Shown: positions 1-12,579, counted from the first letter of the stretch. The stretch is 46,236 nucleotides of DNA from Octopus bimaculoides (GCF_001194135.2 NC_068988.1:64244325-64290560), one strand, 5' to 3'. Made by a program: numbers and translations. Notes: a model not told the origin generated them from the sequence alone.

Positions 1-166
1 TAGGAGAGGGGATGAGTCGATTACATCGAACCCCAGTGTTCAACTGGTACATATTTTATCGACCTCTGAAAGATGAAAGGCAAACTCGACCTCGGTGGAA
101 TTTGAACTCAGAACAGAGCGACGAGCAAAATACCGCTAAGCATTTCGCCCTGTGTGCTAACGTTTC
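1..166 (-). mobile_element. tRNA-derived SINE family A (my label), head partly missing
   Basis: Reverse complement gives B-box GAGTTCAAATTCC and the family body gaggtcgagtttgcctttcatc...gtaccagttgaacactgggg; matches many copies in the window. Confidence 0.85.
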
Positions 167-401
167 TTATTTCTTTATTGCCCGCAAGGGGCTAAGAATA
201 GAAGACACAAACAAGGACAGACAAAGGAATTAAGTCGATTACATTGACCCCAGTGCGTAACTGGTACTTAATTTATCGACCCCGAAAAGATGAACGGTAA
301 AGTCGACCTCGGCGGAATTTGAACTCAGAACGTAACGGCAGACGAAATACCGCTAAGCATTTAGCCCGGTATGTCAACGATTCTGGCAGCTCGCCGCCTT
401 A
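167..401 (-). mobile_element. SINE family A, full length, tail type 1
   Basis: Head aaggcggcgagctgccagaatcgttg, B-box gagttcaaattccgccgagg, tail agccccttgcgggcaataaagaaata; (AAT)n next to the head. Confidence 0.9.
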
Positions 402-410
402 ATAATAATA

Positions 411-628
411 ATCCTTTCTAGTGGAGGCATAAGGCCTCAAATATGTGAGGAGGGGACTAGTCGATTACATGAACTCCAGTGTTCCACTGGTACTTAATTT
501 ATCAACTCCGAAATGGTGAAAGGTAAAGAGTCGACCTCGGTGGAATTTGAACTCAGAACGTAGCAACGGGCGAAATACCAGTAAGCATTTCGTCCTGCGC
601 GCTAACGGTTCTTCCAGCTCGCTACCTT
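411..628 (-). mobile_element. SINE family A, full length, tail type 2
   Basis: Same head and body; tail ggccttatgcctccactagaaagg; third unit of a head-to-tail run at 1-628. Confidence 0.85.
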
Positions 629-1091
629 TTGGATAATAATAACGATTTCATTTATCTGCCACCAATAATAATAATGAGAAGAAGAATGATAATAGGAAAA
701 CGTTGAAAGTTGTGAGCAATTTAGTCAATGATTATGTCGTGACAACTGATGACTTGTATCATTTAATCAGATCATATACCAAACGACTGCAGGGAAGAAG
801 GCTTCAAACATATAAAGGATATATATTATTCAGGACAATCTCATAATCTTATAGACAACATCTACATTACCATGGCAACCAGAATTTGTGCTGAATTCAT
901 TAACATAAAGGCAGAAAGAAAACAGTGTTAATGTTATATTTTGGAGGAGGGTGTATTTTTTTCAGTTTTTTTCTTTTTGCTTTGAATTTTGATTATTTAT
1001 ATTTTTTGCTTTAGCGTGAGTTTGATTCTTCTGTTTATGCCCCTGTGGCTAATAAGATATCATTATTATTGTTATTATTATTGTTGTCAAG

Positions 1092-1184
1092 GGCCGTTTA
1101 GCTTAATGGTTAGAGCAACCAGTCGGTATCTGAGGGGTGTGGGGTTCGACCCAAAACCCACCCTCCCATGGCCGCCTTTTTTTT
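1092..1184 (+). pseudogene. tRNA-like pseudogene or SINE head followed by a T8 run
   Basis: A-box tagcttaatggt, B-box ggttcgaccc, acceptor-like pairing ggccgt/atggcc, T-stem gtggg/cccac, T8 at 1177-1184; anticodon arm imperfect. Confidence 0.55.
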
Positions 1185-1328
1185 AAGGCGGCGAGCTGGC
1201 AGAATCGCTAGCACGCCGGGCGAAATGCTTAGCGGTATTTCATCTGCCGCTAGGTTCCGAGTTCAAATTCCACCGAGGTTAACTTTGCCTTTCACCCTTT
1301 CAGGGTCAATGAATTAAGTACCAGTTAA
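1185..1328 (+). mobile_element. SINE family A, 3' truncated
   Basis: aaggcggcgagctggcagaatcgctagcacgccgggcg...gagttcaaattccaccgagg. Confidence 0.9.
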
Positions 1329-1329
1329 A

Positions 1330-2050
1330 CTGCTACTATCCCTTTTAGTGACAGGCTGACTGGTGCCAATATTATGATATCTACTAACTGACAGGACTTG
1401 CTCGCTGATGGTATCGTTGCGTACAGTATTAGTGTCTGTTGAGATAGTAATGATAAGAGGAATATTATTATTGTTTGTCCTATTGCGACTTTTATTAGGA
1501 TCGGTGCTGCTAGGGGTATTATTACTAATGGATATGTGTTTCTTATTCATGCCAGCTATAATTGTTCTACTAGATTGGGGAGAGTTGAGTAGGAGACCTT
1601 AACGTTTCTACGGGAGGATAAATGGTAATACTTGTGTGAAAGGGGAAATTGAGCTTTAGTATACTCATTAATTTTCTACTTACATTAGTTTCTATTATGG
1701 AATTGAAGGGAGGGTTATACCACGTTACGTCACGTTTATTCCAATTTTTACCTTTGTATACCCTAAGCTTCTTATCCCTATAATTAGTTTTAGGTTTGAG
1801 TAAAGAATTTTGGAACGGTGAAACTATTTTTTCGTTTTCTGAAAAAGCAACGCTTTGTACTTATACTTTTGCATAATTGCAACGATATACATATGATCAG
1901 CTTCTGGTTTTCTTGTAATTGAAAGACACGTAATTGACATATTCCCATTCGAGGGTGCTTTCGAGATCCTTATGCAAAGGATCAGCAACTGTTTTGCGAG
2001 TTGTGTTTTAAGGTACTAATTGATGTATGACAAGGGAAAGGTTAAGGGAG
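1330..2050 (-). mobile_element. Decayed Penelope-like element fragment (RT C-terminal region and linker)
   Basis: Frameshifted minus-strand translation: YKK-PEADHMYI (~1883-1918), KRDVTWYNPPFNSIIETNVSRKLMSILKLNFP (~1640-1737), RNVKVSYSTLPNL, MNKKHI. This matches the recalled PLE motif series YRKP / WFNPPFS / VKVSYSC / HNKKI. Confidence 0.75.
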
Positions 2051-2434
2051 AAGGAATTTGTGTTAGAACTGATGATACCTTCTGTCACAATTTAGAGTTT
2101 CTCTTTACGTACGAGTCTTCAGTCTTCCTCAGATGAACTGAAAGAGAGAAATGGCAGTTTGTAGTGTGTATGCTATTCGCGAAGACATTTGGTGTGAAGT
2201 GTCAGAAATAAGACGACAATATAGCATATCGAAACCTCTCGTTGTAATAATGTGAGAGCTGACATCTTTTATCATGGCTGCTTTCAACGAAAGCTAAAAG
2301 TACTTTCCATTTTACTGAAAATGTCTGCCTATTTAAACGTGATGACAAATAAAAGATTACTTATATAAAAACAGGTTTCAGTGATATCTATGGTAAGATC
2401 TACCCTGGATTTCTCTCTTTTTTTCATTCTTTCT

Positions 2435-2451
2435 TTCTCTCTCTCTCTCTC

Positions 2452-2482
<31 letters not shown>

Positions 2483-2495
2483 CCCTCCCTCTCTC
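2435..2495. repeat. (CT)n microsatellite
   Basis: Direct reading. Confidence 0.95.
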
Positions 2496-4333
2496 TAATT
2501 TAGTAAGAGTTTAAACGGTTTCGTTAATTATCCCTTATTTCATATTATTTTTGCTTTCATCCTAGATTTCGTCATTTTTCACTCAATAATCAGCCCCTTT
2601 CTTTCTACAGCTGATTACTTTAAGATAGGATAATCGTTATTTTTAATTAGCTCCATGCTAGGAAGCTCGTATAAAAAGCTCACCTAAAAGCCAAGATTAT
2701 ACGAGCAGAGGAGATAATGAAACAGAATAAAAGAAGAAAATTAGAATTTTCCAAGTGAGTCATTGACATTAGGATGTGATTTAATAATGATTTAGAGAAG
2801 AAGAGAATGGAGAACAAAAAGAGAGAGAAAAAATAATTTTCTTCACTTCGTTTCGTGTCATATATCTTGTGACAAAACGAAACGAATTAGGAAAAGCGAG
2901 ACACTATACTTCCTTTTATTCATTCAACCCTTTATATATATTTACGCATACATGCATATATGCAAACATATATATCTGCATACATGAATATATATATATA
3001 TGCATTCGTGCCTATATGCAAATATACATAACACATACTTACGTACATACATAATGCAGGAGTGCATGCATACATATGTAGATACATAATGCAAATATAT
3101 ATGCTTGTACACACACACACACATATACATACATACATACCCACTTACATACATGCACGTATGCACACGTCTATATACATGCATACACATTTACATAAAT
3201 ACATATACATTCATATTCCCGTCAATACACTCGTACATATGATTTGGTTATAAGGATTCATCAGAATCTAGGCACATCATTACGGTGGACGCCAGAAATG
3301 GTTAGGTATGATAACATAAGCTCACATTGAGGTAAACAACATCGAAGACGTCAAGTGTTGATAGAATAATGTAGTTATGTAGGAAGTATAAATCACATTG
3401 TTGGTCCGACTCTGGTAAACACAAATGGAATTTTAAATTCACGACAGCTGTTTCGATAGTTTTTTTACTAATGCATTCATAGAAGATTACATCATAACAT
3501 ATAATCCACCATGAGGTAAAATTTTAAACATCTAAGATTTTAAACAGGTCAGATTTTTTACATGGATTTGGACAAATTCAACGTCAGTTATGCATATATA
3601 CATAAAAATAAAATAAGATGAATGGATCCTCCGTCTGTTTTGATGATGAGTATTCGATTACTACGATCGGTTGAACTGCTTGCTCGCTGATTTAACCTGT
3701 AGGCAGTTGAGTATGACAAATATAAGTGTGATCTTAGAATTCTGGATCAAAATCAGTATGGTACATCATGAGACAGGTCTGACTCATTGAATTATTGTCC
3801 GTTAGGTGTTCTTTAACATAGTTTCCGACTCTAGGCAATTTCTCGCATAAAAGTGCACATATAAACGAAAACACATAATTTGTATACTCAGCCATAGCAT
3901 TACTGTATGTACAAAAAGATAGGCAGGCATGCATGCAGGCAGGCATATATAATTACATACAAATATCCAAATATCTGACGATTCATACAAGCAAACTGCT
4001 TTGCATTAGAACATTACATGTTGATAGATAGGGTGTGATTTAATAATGATTTAATGAAGAGAACGTAGAACAGAAAGAGAGAGAAAAAATAACTCCAGGC
4101 TTTGTGCCTAGAGTAGAAAAGAATATTCAGATCGCCTCTAGTTCTCCATGTCAGCTAACATTTTCTCAACTACAACCTTAATCTTTATGCTATCTAATGC
4201 CATTCACCGTTCACCAATATATCAAATTGTTCTTGAATAAAAAAGAAAAAAGAGAAATTAAAAACTTCTCAAACTTTAGAAAATTAGTATTTTTTAATCT
4301 CACAATGTGAGATACTCAGCAACAGTACTTTGT

Positions 4334-4444
4334 AGCAAAGATTGTTTGCCAACATAACATGGCAGTCCTGGTTTAGGACTAATGTTGCTGTAATTTAGTC
4401 CCAAGAGACATCGTCTCCAGTTGGCTATACGACATGATCTGTGT

Positions 4445-4484
<40 letters not shown>

Positions 4485-4708
4485 GAATAAGGGAGTCTAG
4501 CACCCCCACTCAGCTCAAAACAATATCTGTGTATCGCGATTTCTGGGTTATTTGAGCTGAGTGGGGGTGCTAGATTCCCTTGTTCGAAAGTATAAGGACA
4601 CAGATCGTGTTGGGTAGCCAACTGGAGACGATGTCTCCTAGGGCTAAATTACACCAAGATTAGTCCTAAACCAGGACTGCCATGTGATGTTGGAAAACAA
4701 TCTTTACT
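4334..4708. mobile_element. Long palindromic (fold-back) MITE-like element
   Basis: 4334-4519 is the reverse complement of 4551-4708 with few mismatches; loop 4520-4550; (TA)n at 4448-4481 only in the left arm. Confidence 0.85.
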
Positions 4709-4992
4709 CCTCAAACTTATCCAGAATATACTGTTTATGTATCGGCATATAATGCGTTGGATTGAAACCGAACTACACGTTACCAATATTTAGCACTTCA
4801 TATGTATTCCTGTATATCTAGAAAAATCCCAGGTCAGAATTGTATTATAGTCAGTGCTTCATTTTGTCAATCTGAACTGCTGTGAAGATCTCATATAACA
4901 TATAAAAAACATAGCACAAAGCAGCTGAATTTGCTTATGCAATATTTAGACATGTAAATATTATATAGAGCAAATCTCCTGCTTTGTGTTAC

Positions 4993-4995
<3 letters not shown>

Positions 4996-5043
<48 letters not shown>
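4996..5043. repeat. (TG)n microsatellite
   Basis: Direct reading. Confidence 0.95.
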
Positions 5044-5045
<2 letters not shown>

Positions 5046-5182
5046 ACGTTAACGCGCAAGCAGATACACATAATGGAGGTTTTTAGCTCTGCTAACAAAC
5101 CAATCTCCAAAAACTAATACGTCCGTACATTACGTACATGCTTGCAGGAGTTTAGGACATTTACACCCCTCCCCTTCCCCCA

Positions 5183-5303
5183 GGACAATTATCCTTGAGG
5201 ACAAGATATGTTGATTTAAAACATCTTAATATATTGGGGAGGGGGTAATAAATCAAGGGGAGCAATTGTTTTAGGAGGTGGTTGTCGTCGGGGGTAATTG
5301 TCC
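5183..5303. repeat. Small G/C-tract element with 12-bp imperfect inverted ends
   Basis: ggacaattatcc at 5183 versus gggtaattgtcc ending 5303; internal ggggagcaattg variant. Confidence 0.35.
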
Positions 5304-5557
5304 TATGGGTTAGCAGATATGCATACGTACAGGCATATATGCCTGTGTATGTACATAGGTAAATATAAGCATACGTACGCATACAAACGCGCACATACAC
5401 ATACATACATACACAGGCGTGTGTATGAATAGAGAAAGAGAACGATAGAGAGACAGAAACAGACAGTTAGCCTGAAGATATATCATTGTATATATATGCA
5501 TACATATACTTTTGTTAACGTGTGTGTAGAAATATGTGTGTGTGTGTGTGTGTATTG

Positions 5558-5609
<52 letters not shown>

Positions 5610-6323
5610 TTAGATACCAGCATACATGCATACAATGATATATACTTCGTAGGCATCAATTCTGTAATTATGTGATTAAGTAAGCCTATGTTCGGCAGTA
5701 TACCTTAGTTTTCGTGGTAATATATATATATATGCAAACTCACACAAGACTATCACACGAAAGTATATATATGAATGTTTATATGTCTGTGTGTATTTTA
5801 TCTGTTTCAGTTATATGTGCCTACATATATGTTTGTCCGTGTCTACTTACATAATGTGTGCATAATGGTGTATATGTACAGTGATAAAGAGAATCATTGC
5901 CATTGTTATTCATAAAGCGAACCATGATGTGTAAATAAATACAGGCGATTGAATCCCAAATTGAAGATTGGTCATCATAGAATAGCACCGCCATTATGGC
6001 CTGTTATTGATGATTCTACATAATGGCTGGCAACATCGTTAATGAACACTCAATATTCACAATTGCCGTCTTCCGTCAAAACACCAGGAAAACGAGCATT
6101 ATTAACCTATATATTGTATTGTGTTTGATTCCTTATACACATAGACAACCCCCCACACACAAACACACAAACACATATATATGTATGTGCCTATATTTGT
6201 ATACATGTGTGAGTGCGCGCATGTATGTATGTGTACGTTGGTGTGTATAGGTGTGTATGGTGTGAATGCATACATGCCATGCATATATTTATCATTCATA
6301 ATATATGTACATGTAGGTAGGTG

Positions 6324-6368
<45 letters not shown>

Positions 6369-6426
6369 TTATGCATGTACGTATATAATTATAACTCTAC
6401 CTCGTTTCTCCCTTTCCCTTTCTCTC

Positions 6427-6467
<41 letters not shown>

Positions 6468-7202
6468 GTATTTATATACATATATGTGTATATAATCATT
6501 GGGTGTGATTGTCTATACATGCGACCACATTTATATACACAATCATAATTTCACACAGACACGAGCGACGAACACACAAACAACAACAATGGAGAGAAAT
6601 CAACACTTGCGTTGCCTTATCTTCTGCTCTTATGAACGTACACCTAAATAGCCATCTACATATATTAACTTCCAATTAGATAAGAAAGCATTTTTATTGA
6701 AAGTAACTGAATGGACCTGTTTAGGAATTTATCTATCACGATCATATTGCTGTTCTTACTCTTTACTCCTCGCCCCATTTGTTTCTATGATCGTTTTTAT
6801 GAGTCTGTTAATCAATCTTTGTCGTAGTCAACACATATACCTGAGACTATATCATATATTGCATATATTTGTGGGTCAGACAATTCACGAAAAATACAGT
6901 AAACCACCGCCTTTATCCACTACGGTAAGACCGTGCAGTGCAGTCGCCGAGAGGTTTTGAGCTCAATCCGAGGTAATGCACTAAGGTGAGTCACATGACA
7001 CACGAAGAAGGATGAAGTGTACAACAGTCGGAACAGTCAAAGCAACAATCAAGATGAGGGCATCACTCCACCTAATGCAAACATAATGAATTCCTTTGAC
7101 TTTCCAGTGTTTGCTATGAAGTAGTCGTCCTCAAAACGCTATTCAGCTGCAAACTGGCGAGCAAGCAAAGCAAATACATTGAGTATGTGCATTCGATATT
7201 AT

Positions 7203-7253
<51 letters not shown>

Positions 7254-7803
7254 NNNNNNNNNNNNNNNNNNNNNNNNNNNNNNNNNNNNNNNNNNNNNNN
7301 NNNNNNNNNNNNNNNNNNNNNNNNNNNNNNNNNNNNNNNNNNNNNNNNNNNNNNNNNNNNNNNNNNNNNNNNNNNNNNNNNNNNNNNNNNNNNNNNNNNN
7401 NNNNNNNNNNNNNNNNNNNNNNNNNNNNNNNNNNNNNNNNNNNNNNNNNNNNNNNNNNNNNNNNNNNNNNNNNNNNNNNNNNNNNNNNNNNNNNNNNNNN
7501 NNNNNNNNNNNNNNNNNNNNNNNNNNNNNNNNNNNNNNNNNNNNNNNNNNNNNNNNNNNNNNNNNNNNNNNNNNNNNNNNNNNNNNNNNNNNNNNNNNNT
7601 TAACAGTTAGAAGAAGCAAGAGATTCAAGAATCGAGAGTTTTGTGCGTTGACACTTATCAAAAGTTTGCTAAGTGCCAACGCACAAAACTCTCGGCCTTT
7701 GAGTCACTCTGTTGCTTATACTAACTATTAATGAAAAATATACGTATTCTCATTTTTGAGTTCTATTTTTCCTGTTAGCATTACATTGACTTCTATATAT
7801 ATA

Positions 7804-7930
7804 TAGGGTTTCCACAAAGTCTGGGGACATGGAGTAAATAAAATCATAACATAAACAATTAAATATAAGAAATAATAATTTCCTAAAGTATGTGTTCATC
7901 CCCATGTACTCAGACTTTGTGGACACCCTG
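7804..7930. mobile_element. Tc1/mariner-type MITE (127 bp)
   Basis: TIRs tagggtttccacaaagtctggggacatgg / ccatgtactcagactttgtggacaccctg; TA on both sides. Confidence 0.85.
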
Positions 7931-8224
7931 TATATATAATTGCTTGTTTGTTTAGTAGCCTTGTGCGCATATCTACACCAAATAGGCATTCAATATGGTG
8001 TAAAAACTGTGGAGTCAAGATAATATTTACTAATAGTGACACGATAAAGATTCGCCTAAAGACGCTCAAAGTGTCAGATGATTGAAGTTAATCGGGACAC
8101 TGGACTTATTCTACAACCGAGAAGACCATGGTTTGACTTTTGCTATGATCGCAGAGTCCGAAACACAGCCGCAAGCTATCCAGCAAGGAGTTCCTATATT
8201 TTTGCATCAGTCCACTTCTACGGA

Positions 8225-8370
8225 TTGGTGGTGTCTTTTCTTCAATTCCGAAAGGGTGAAAGGCAAAACTGACTTTGACGGGAATTGAACACAGAACACA
8301 GAAAGTCAAAACAAATACGATGATACATACTATCCGACCCTCAAACTACTCTGCCAATTCGCCGCCTTCG
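8225..8370 (-). mobile_element. Old SINE family A copy
   Basis: ccgaaagggtgaaaggcaaaactgactttgacgggaattgaacacagaac ... ctctgccaattcgccgcctt. Confidence 0.7.
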
Positions 8371-9193
8371 GAGAAAATATAACTTAAAGGAGGTCATAAT
8401 AATGTTGGAACAAGCCTGCATTTTCCCCCCCTTACTTGCCAATATTCTTAAAACAATATTTTACTAATAAGGTTCATTTGGCTTTCCTTGTTTTTTTGTT
8501 TTGCTTTATCAGATAATTCTGGTTGGTTTTTAAATAATGACAAATAAATTATATTTGCACGAATATAACTATTCTTTATTCATGCGGATGGCGAGTCAGG
8601 CCCATTTATTTTCTATTTTAATTAATGACTTTTTCATTACATTGATTCACTGAGTTTAATCTGTCCCAGGAGAACCGCTTAAATACGTCTAGGTTTTAAC
8701 TGTCTAGTTTAAGTCTTTAGATAGATTCTAGAGAGAATTTTAAAACGATTCCCTTCAAGAAGTTAATGAGTCATTAACTCAGTAACAAACATTATGTAAG
8801 CCATGTCACTACATACAACGAAGAGATCTCGTGATATCTGATTTTGTTTCTCTCTTGCTTTTTGTTTATCTGTGTAAATACCATTATTTGTATCTTTGCA
8901 GTTATGTATATGTGGTGTGAATAGATAGATTAAGATATATAATATATATTTATATATAAACACATACCTATATATCTACTCATAAACACACACATGTGCA
9001 TACAGAGAGAGATTGTTAGGCGGGCAGAGAGGAAGACAGACGATAGCAGACGAAAAGTGTGTAACGGCGTTGGTGGAATTCCTAAATACGCATTTATTCT
9101 TCGCTGAGCGTCATCAGTAGCAAACATCCAAAATACGATTTAACTAACAATTGGATGCTTGTCACTGATGACGTTCAAAGAAGCAGAAATATG

Positions 9194-9225
<32 letters not shown>

Positions 9226-9466
9226 AAAATAGACAGACGCAGACATCATACAAGAAAGAAGTCAAAGAATGAATATAGTACAACTTTATTATTATTTACA
9301 ATTGTTTCCTCTGTGCTTGGTTTGCGTGTGTGCACACGCGCTTTCATGAAGATGAAGCTTCACATTTCGTCACTCTGTTTCACATCTCCGATCTCCGAAC
9401 GAAATGCAAGGAATAAACCTGAATCCTATTAATTAAATTTTTCAGACAATGGAAACGTTTGAGTGA

Positions 9467-9476
9467 GCGCATGCGC
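9467..9476. promoter_or_regulatory. NRF1/Ewg-type palindrome GCGCATGCGC in unique sequence
   Basis: Exact 10-bp palindrome; function unproven. Confidence 0.25.
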
Positions 9477-9749
9477 AAAGACGAAATAAAAAATAAATAG
9501 TAATGTAGTTCATTCATATCGGGGGCAAATATGTTAGGTTAAGACTATTCCTTAATCTTTATTTCAAATTAAGATGCTTTTTATAGAAAATAAAATGTGT
9601 CGAGATGAAAGGAAAACATCGCAGATCGTGAAAACTTTCTCAGCATTTCCCTTCTTTTCGCAAATACTACATTATCATAAACAGTTTACAGCACTTTTGC
9701 CCACTAATTACAGCAAGGAAAGAAATAACACGAAAGCCAAATCGATAAG

Positions 9750-10480
9750 GAAAAAGATAGGTATGAAATATATGAGAGTATTAAAAACTTCTTGTTGAAA
9801 CTCTATGGCAGATCTTTCTTTTTTAGAATTACGTAACATACATTTTACTTGTTGCAAATAGTTACAAAGAATATCATTTCTTGAATTTTTTAAGCTCAAT
9901 TTCATTTTCAGTTAACGTTGCAGCTAAGCTGATTTCTGTCGTTAACATGATTGTAAAAAGCTAGAATCGATCATAAAAAATGTTCGTCACAAGTTACTCT
10001 CATTTTTTTTTTTTTAAACAGGCCTAGAAATCTTAGCACAAATCTTCATGTTTAGTTGAGTAGCGAACATTTATGCAAATAGTAACGCTACATAAAATCC
10101 ATTTGCTACCTCTCCAAAGAAGGGTTTTTGTTGAGAATCATCATTTCATTTCAATTTTCTCATAGTGTACCAAAGAATTGGATAGGCATCTTCTGCAACG
10201 TTAACATTTATAAGAGTTCATAAAAGTGTAAGCCCGTTAAGTGATGTTATTACCATAGTATAAGAGATGCTTTATATTAATGGAATTCACAGAACTGGCG
10301 AAATTTTTGCAGCAAGAATAGGACATATTAATAGAAATTTTATTAAAATTTTTATAACTGTGCTCTCTTGTAAAATGAAGCGAAGTCAACATAAGAAATC
10401 CATTGACTACCTTTGAACCAACATTCAAGCCAAGCTGAATATTGGATTATACTACAGAAGTTTCCTTTATCTCTTCAGAA
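9750..10480 (-). mobile_element. Second decayed Penelope-like element fragment (WYNPP-type, running into an eroded GIY-YIG region)
   Basis: RKLL*YNPIFSL at 10444-10466 (TGG to TAG), then ORF 10237-10428 NVGSKVVNGFLMLTSLHFTREHSYKNFNKISINMSYSCCKNFASSVNSINIKHLL; same motif order as 1330-2050. Confidence 0.7.
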
Positions 10481-10590
10481 GCCTGCGACATCTAAAGGTC
10501 TAAATATGTATTACATCGAATCTAAATGCCCGATTATGAAATTGTGAAGCAATACTTATAGTAGCTAAATCTAAAGATAAAGGTGATCTC

Positions 10591-10683
<93 letters not shown>
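10591..10683. repeat. (TA)n + (GATA)n compound microsatellite
   Basis: Direct reading. Confidence 0.95.
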
Positions 10684-10684
<1 letters not shown>

Positions 10685-11281
10685 GTTACATGTTAAGAAC
10701 AGTCTCAGACTATAGTAATATTGCAAGTCAGTAGTTACATGCCAGAACAAAGTCGGGCCAAAATTATGACGTAATTTATTAATGATTACCAACAAAAAAA
10801 ATGAGTTTTACATGAATGAACCGCAATTAAAATTACACTATATTTATCACATGACTGCAATCGACATGGTAGTTAATAGGGACGATATAAATAAGTATTT
10901 GAAAATGGAATCCGGTATTAGTTAAGAAGTTCATCACCGCAATAATATTACAGCCCTTAGCTGCTTTATTCCACAGCGGTAATGTTTGCGAGGATCGAAC
11001 GGCGTTTCTTATTTATATACAGTAATTCACATCCCAAAATAATGAACTTGAAATGGAAAACAATTGCTAATTACACTCAAACACACAGAGTCAGAAACCT
11101 ATCGACAATTGCAATAAGATTCTACATTTGGAAGTTTACTATCCAGCAAAACTACTGTCAAATATTTTTTTTTTATAGATATCCAAAACATGGGAAGTGA
11201 AAGGTGAGAAACTGCTTCCAGCGTACTTCTTTACGCAATTTTTTTCTCTGTTTTATGCCTATTATTATTTGTAGGCGAGTT

Positions 11282-11620
11282 GGCGGTGAGTTGGTAGAAT
11301 CGTTAGCACACTGGACGAAATATTTAGCGGTATTTCGTCTGCCGTTTCGTTCTGAGTTCAAACTCCACCGAGGTCCTCTTTGCCTTTCATCCTTTCGGGG
11401 TCGATAAATAAAGTACCAGTTATGCACTTGGGTCGATGTAATCGACTTAATCCCCTTGTTTGTCCCCTCTATGTTCAGCCCCTTGTGGGGAATAAAGGAT
11501 TAAGTATTCCGCCTGTCGCTACGTTCTGAGTTCAAATTCCGCCGAGGTTGACTTTGCCTTTCATCCTTTCGGATGCTCCCCCTCTCCCCAAATTTCAGAC
11601 GTTGAGCCTTTAGCAGATGG
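11282..11620 (+). mobile_element. SINE family A full copy (tail 1) plus an adjacent 5'-truncated copy (tail 2)
   Basis: Head tggcggtgagttggtagaatcgttagc; second copy starts ~11505 at gcctgtcgctacgttctgagttcaaattcc. Confidence 0.85.
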
Positions 11621-11842
11621 GATTATTTCTATAATCACTCGTGATAGATGACAAGCATCTCGGGTCTAGAGTTCGAATCCCAGACATGACGATTTATCAT
11701 TTGCATGCTATGCCCGTGACCTCGAGGTTTCGAAGCCAACTTCCTAACCATTTAGCAATACAGTTACTACGGCACGAATCTACCCGCCAAGTGAATTTAT
11801 ACGGAAGAAACTGTATTTCCGTCCACCCAGTTTCACTCACAT

Positions 11843-12040
11843 GGTTGCGAACTGGTAGAACCATTAGTAAATTGGAAAAAATGCTTAGTGGCAATTCTTC
11901 CGGCTCTCTACGTTCTGAGTTCAAATCTTGTCTAGGTCAACGTAGCCGTTCCTCCTTTCAGAGTCAATAAAATAAGTAGTTAAGTACTGGGGTAGATGTA
12001 ATCAACTGGCCCCCACCTCTCAAAAACTGTTGACCTTCAA
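11843..12040 (+). mobile_element. Old SINE family A copy
   Basis: gcgaactggtagaaccattag...ctacgttctgagttcaaatc...gtactggggtagatgtaatcaac. Confidence 0.75.
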
Positions 12041-12579
12041 AATAAATATTTAAAAAAAACTCATATTCTTATCTCGATCACGAATACACAATGGAAACCG
12101 AGTACTTGGTCTAAGGAGTACTAAGGCACGACGAAAAAGCTTCACTTGCTAGTGCGATCAACTCGGGGTGCAGAGAAAACTTTATATATATATATATTGA
12201 TACTTGAATGGGTGTTTGTGTATGTGAGCGCATATGTAGGTATATCTATGAGTGTGTATGTGTGCGTGTATGTACACCTGTATTTACAAGTATGTATAGT
12301 CCGGCTACAAATGTGTGAAATCACACGTATATCTATATTGTTAAATAGATTTGAAAGTACGTGTGGTTGCGTGTGAAAGCGTGTGAGAGCGTACACAGAC
12401 ATAAGTATGTGTATGTGTATTAAAATGTGTTTAACTGTAAACGCACCTGACTTCATGTATATATGTATGCGCGCGCGTGTGTATGTGTGTGTAAATATAT
12501 GTGTATGTGTTTAAGTATGTATAATACATGTATGCTGTCGGTCCAATCATACAAATGTTCGCCCGTATGTGTATATCCT

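Noticed and set aside
866-879. Near X-box ATTACCATGGCAAC
   Set aside because: First position mismatches and there is no supporting context
2107-2132. Minus-strand ctgagga-a-gactgaagactc-gtacgt as a hammerhead next to the PLE fragment
   Set aside because: GAAA absent and stem II only 2 bp; too degenerate to call
2611-2754. Plus-strand exon between ctacag and gtgagt
   Set aside because: Stops in all three frames
9095-9125. Minus-strand ctgatga-cgctcagc-gaag as a hammerhead
   Set aside because: GAAG instead of GAAA, with no stem I/III or NUH site
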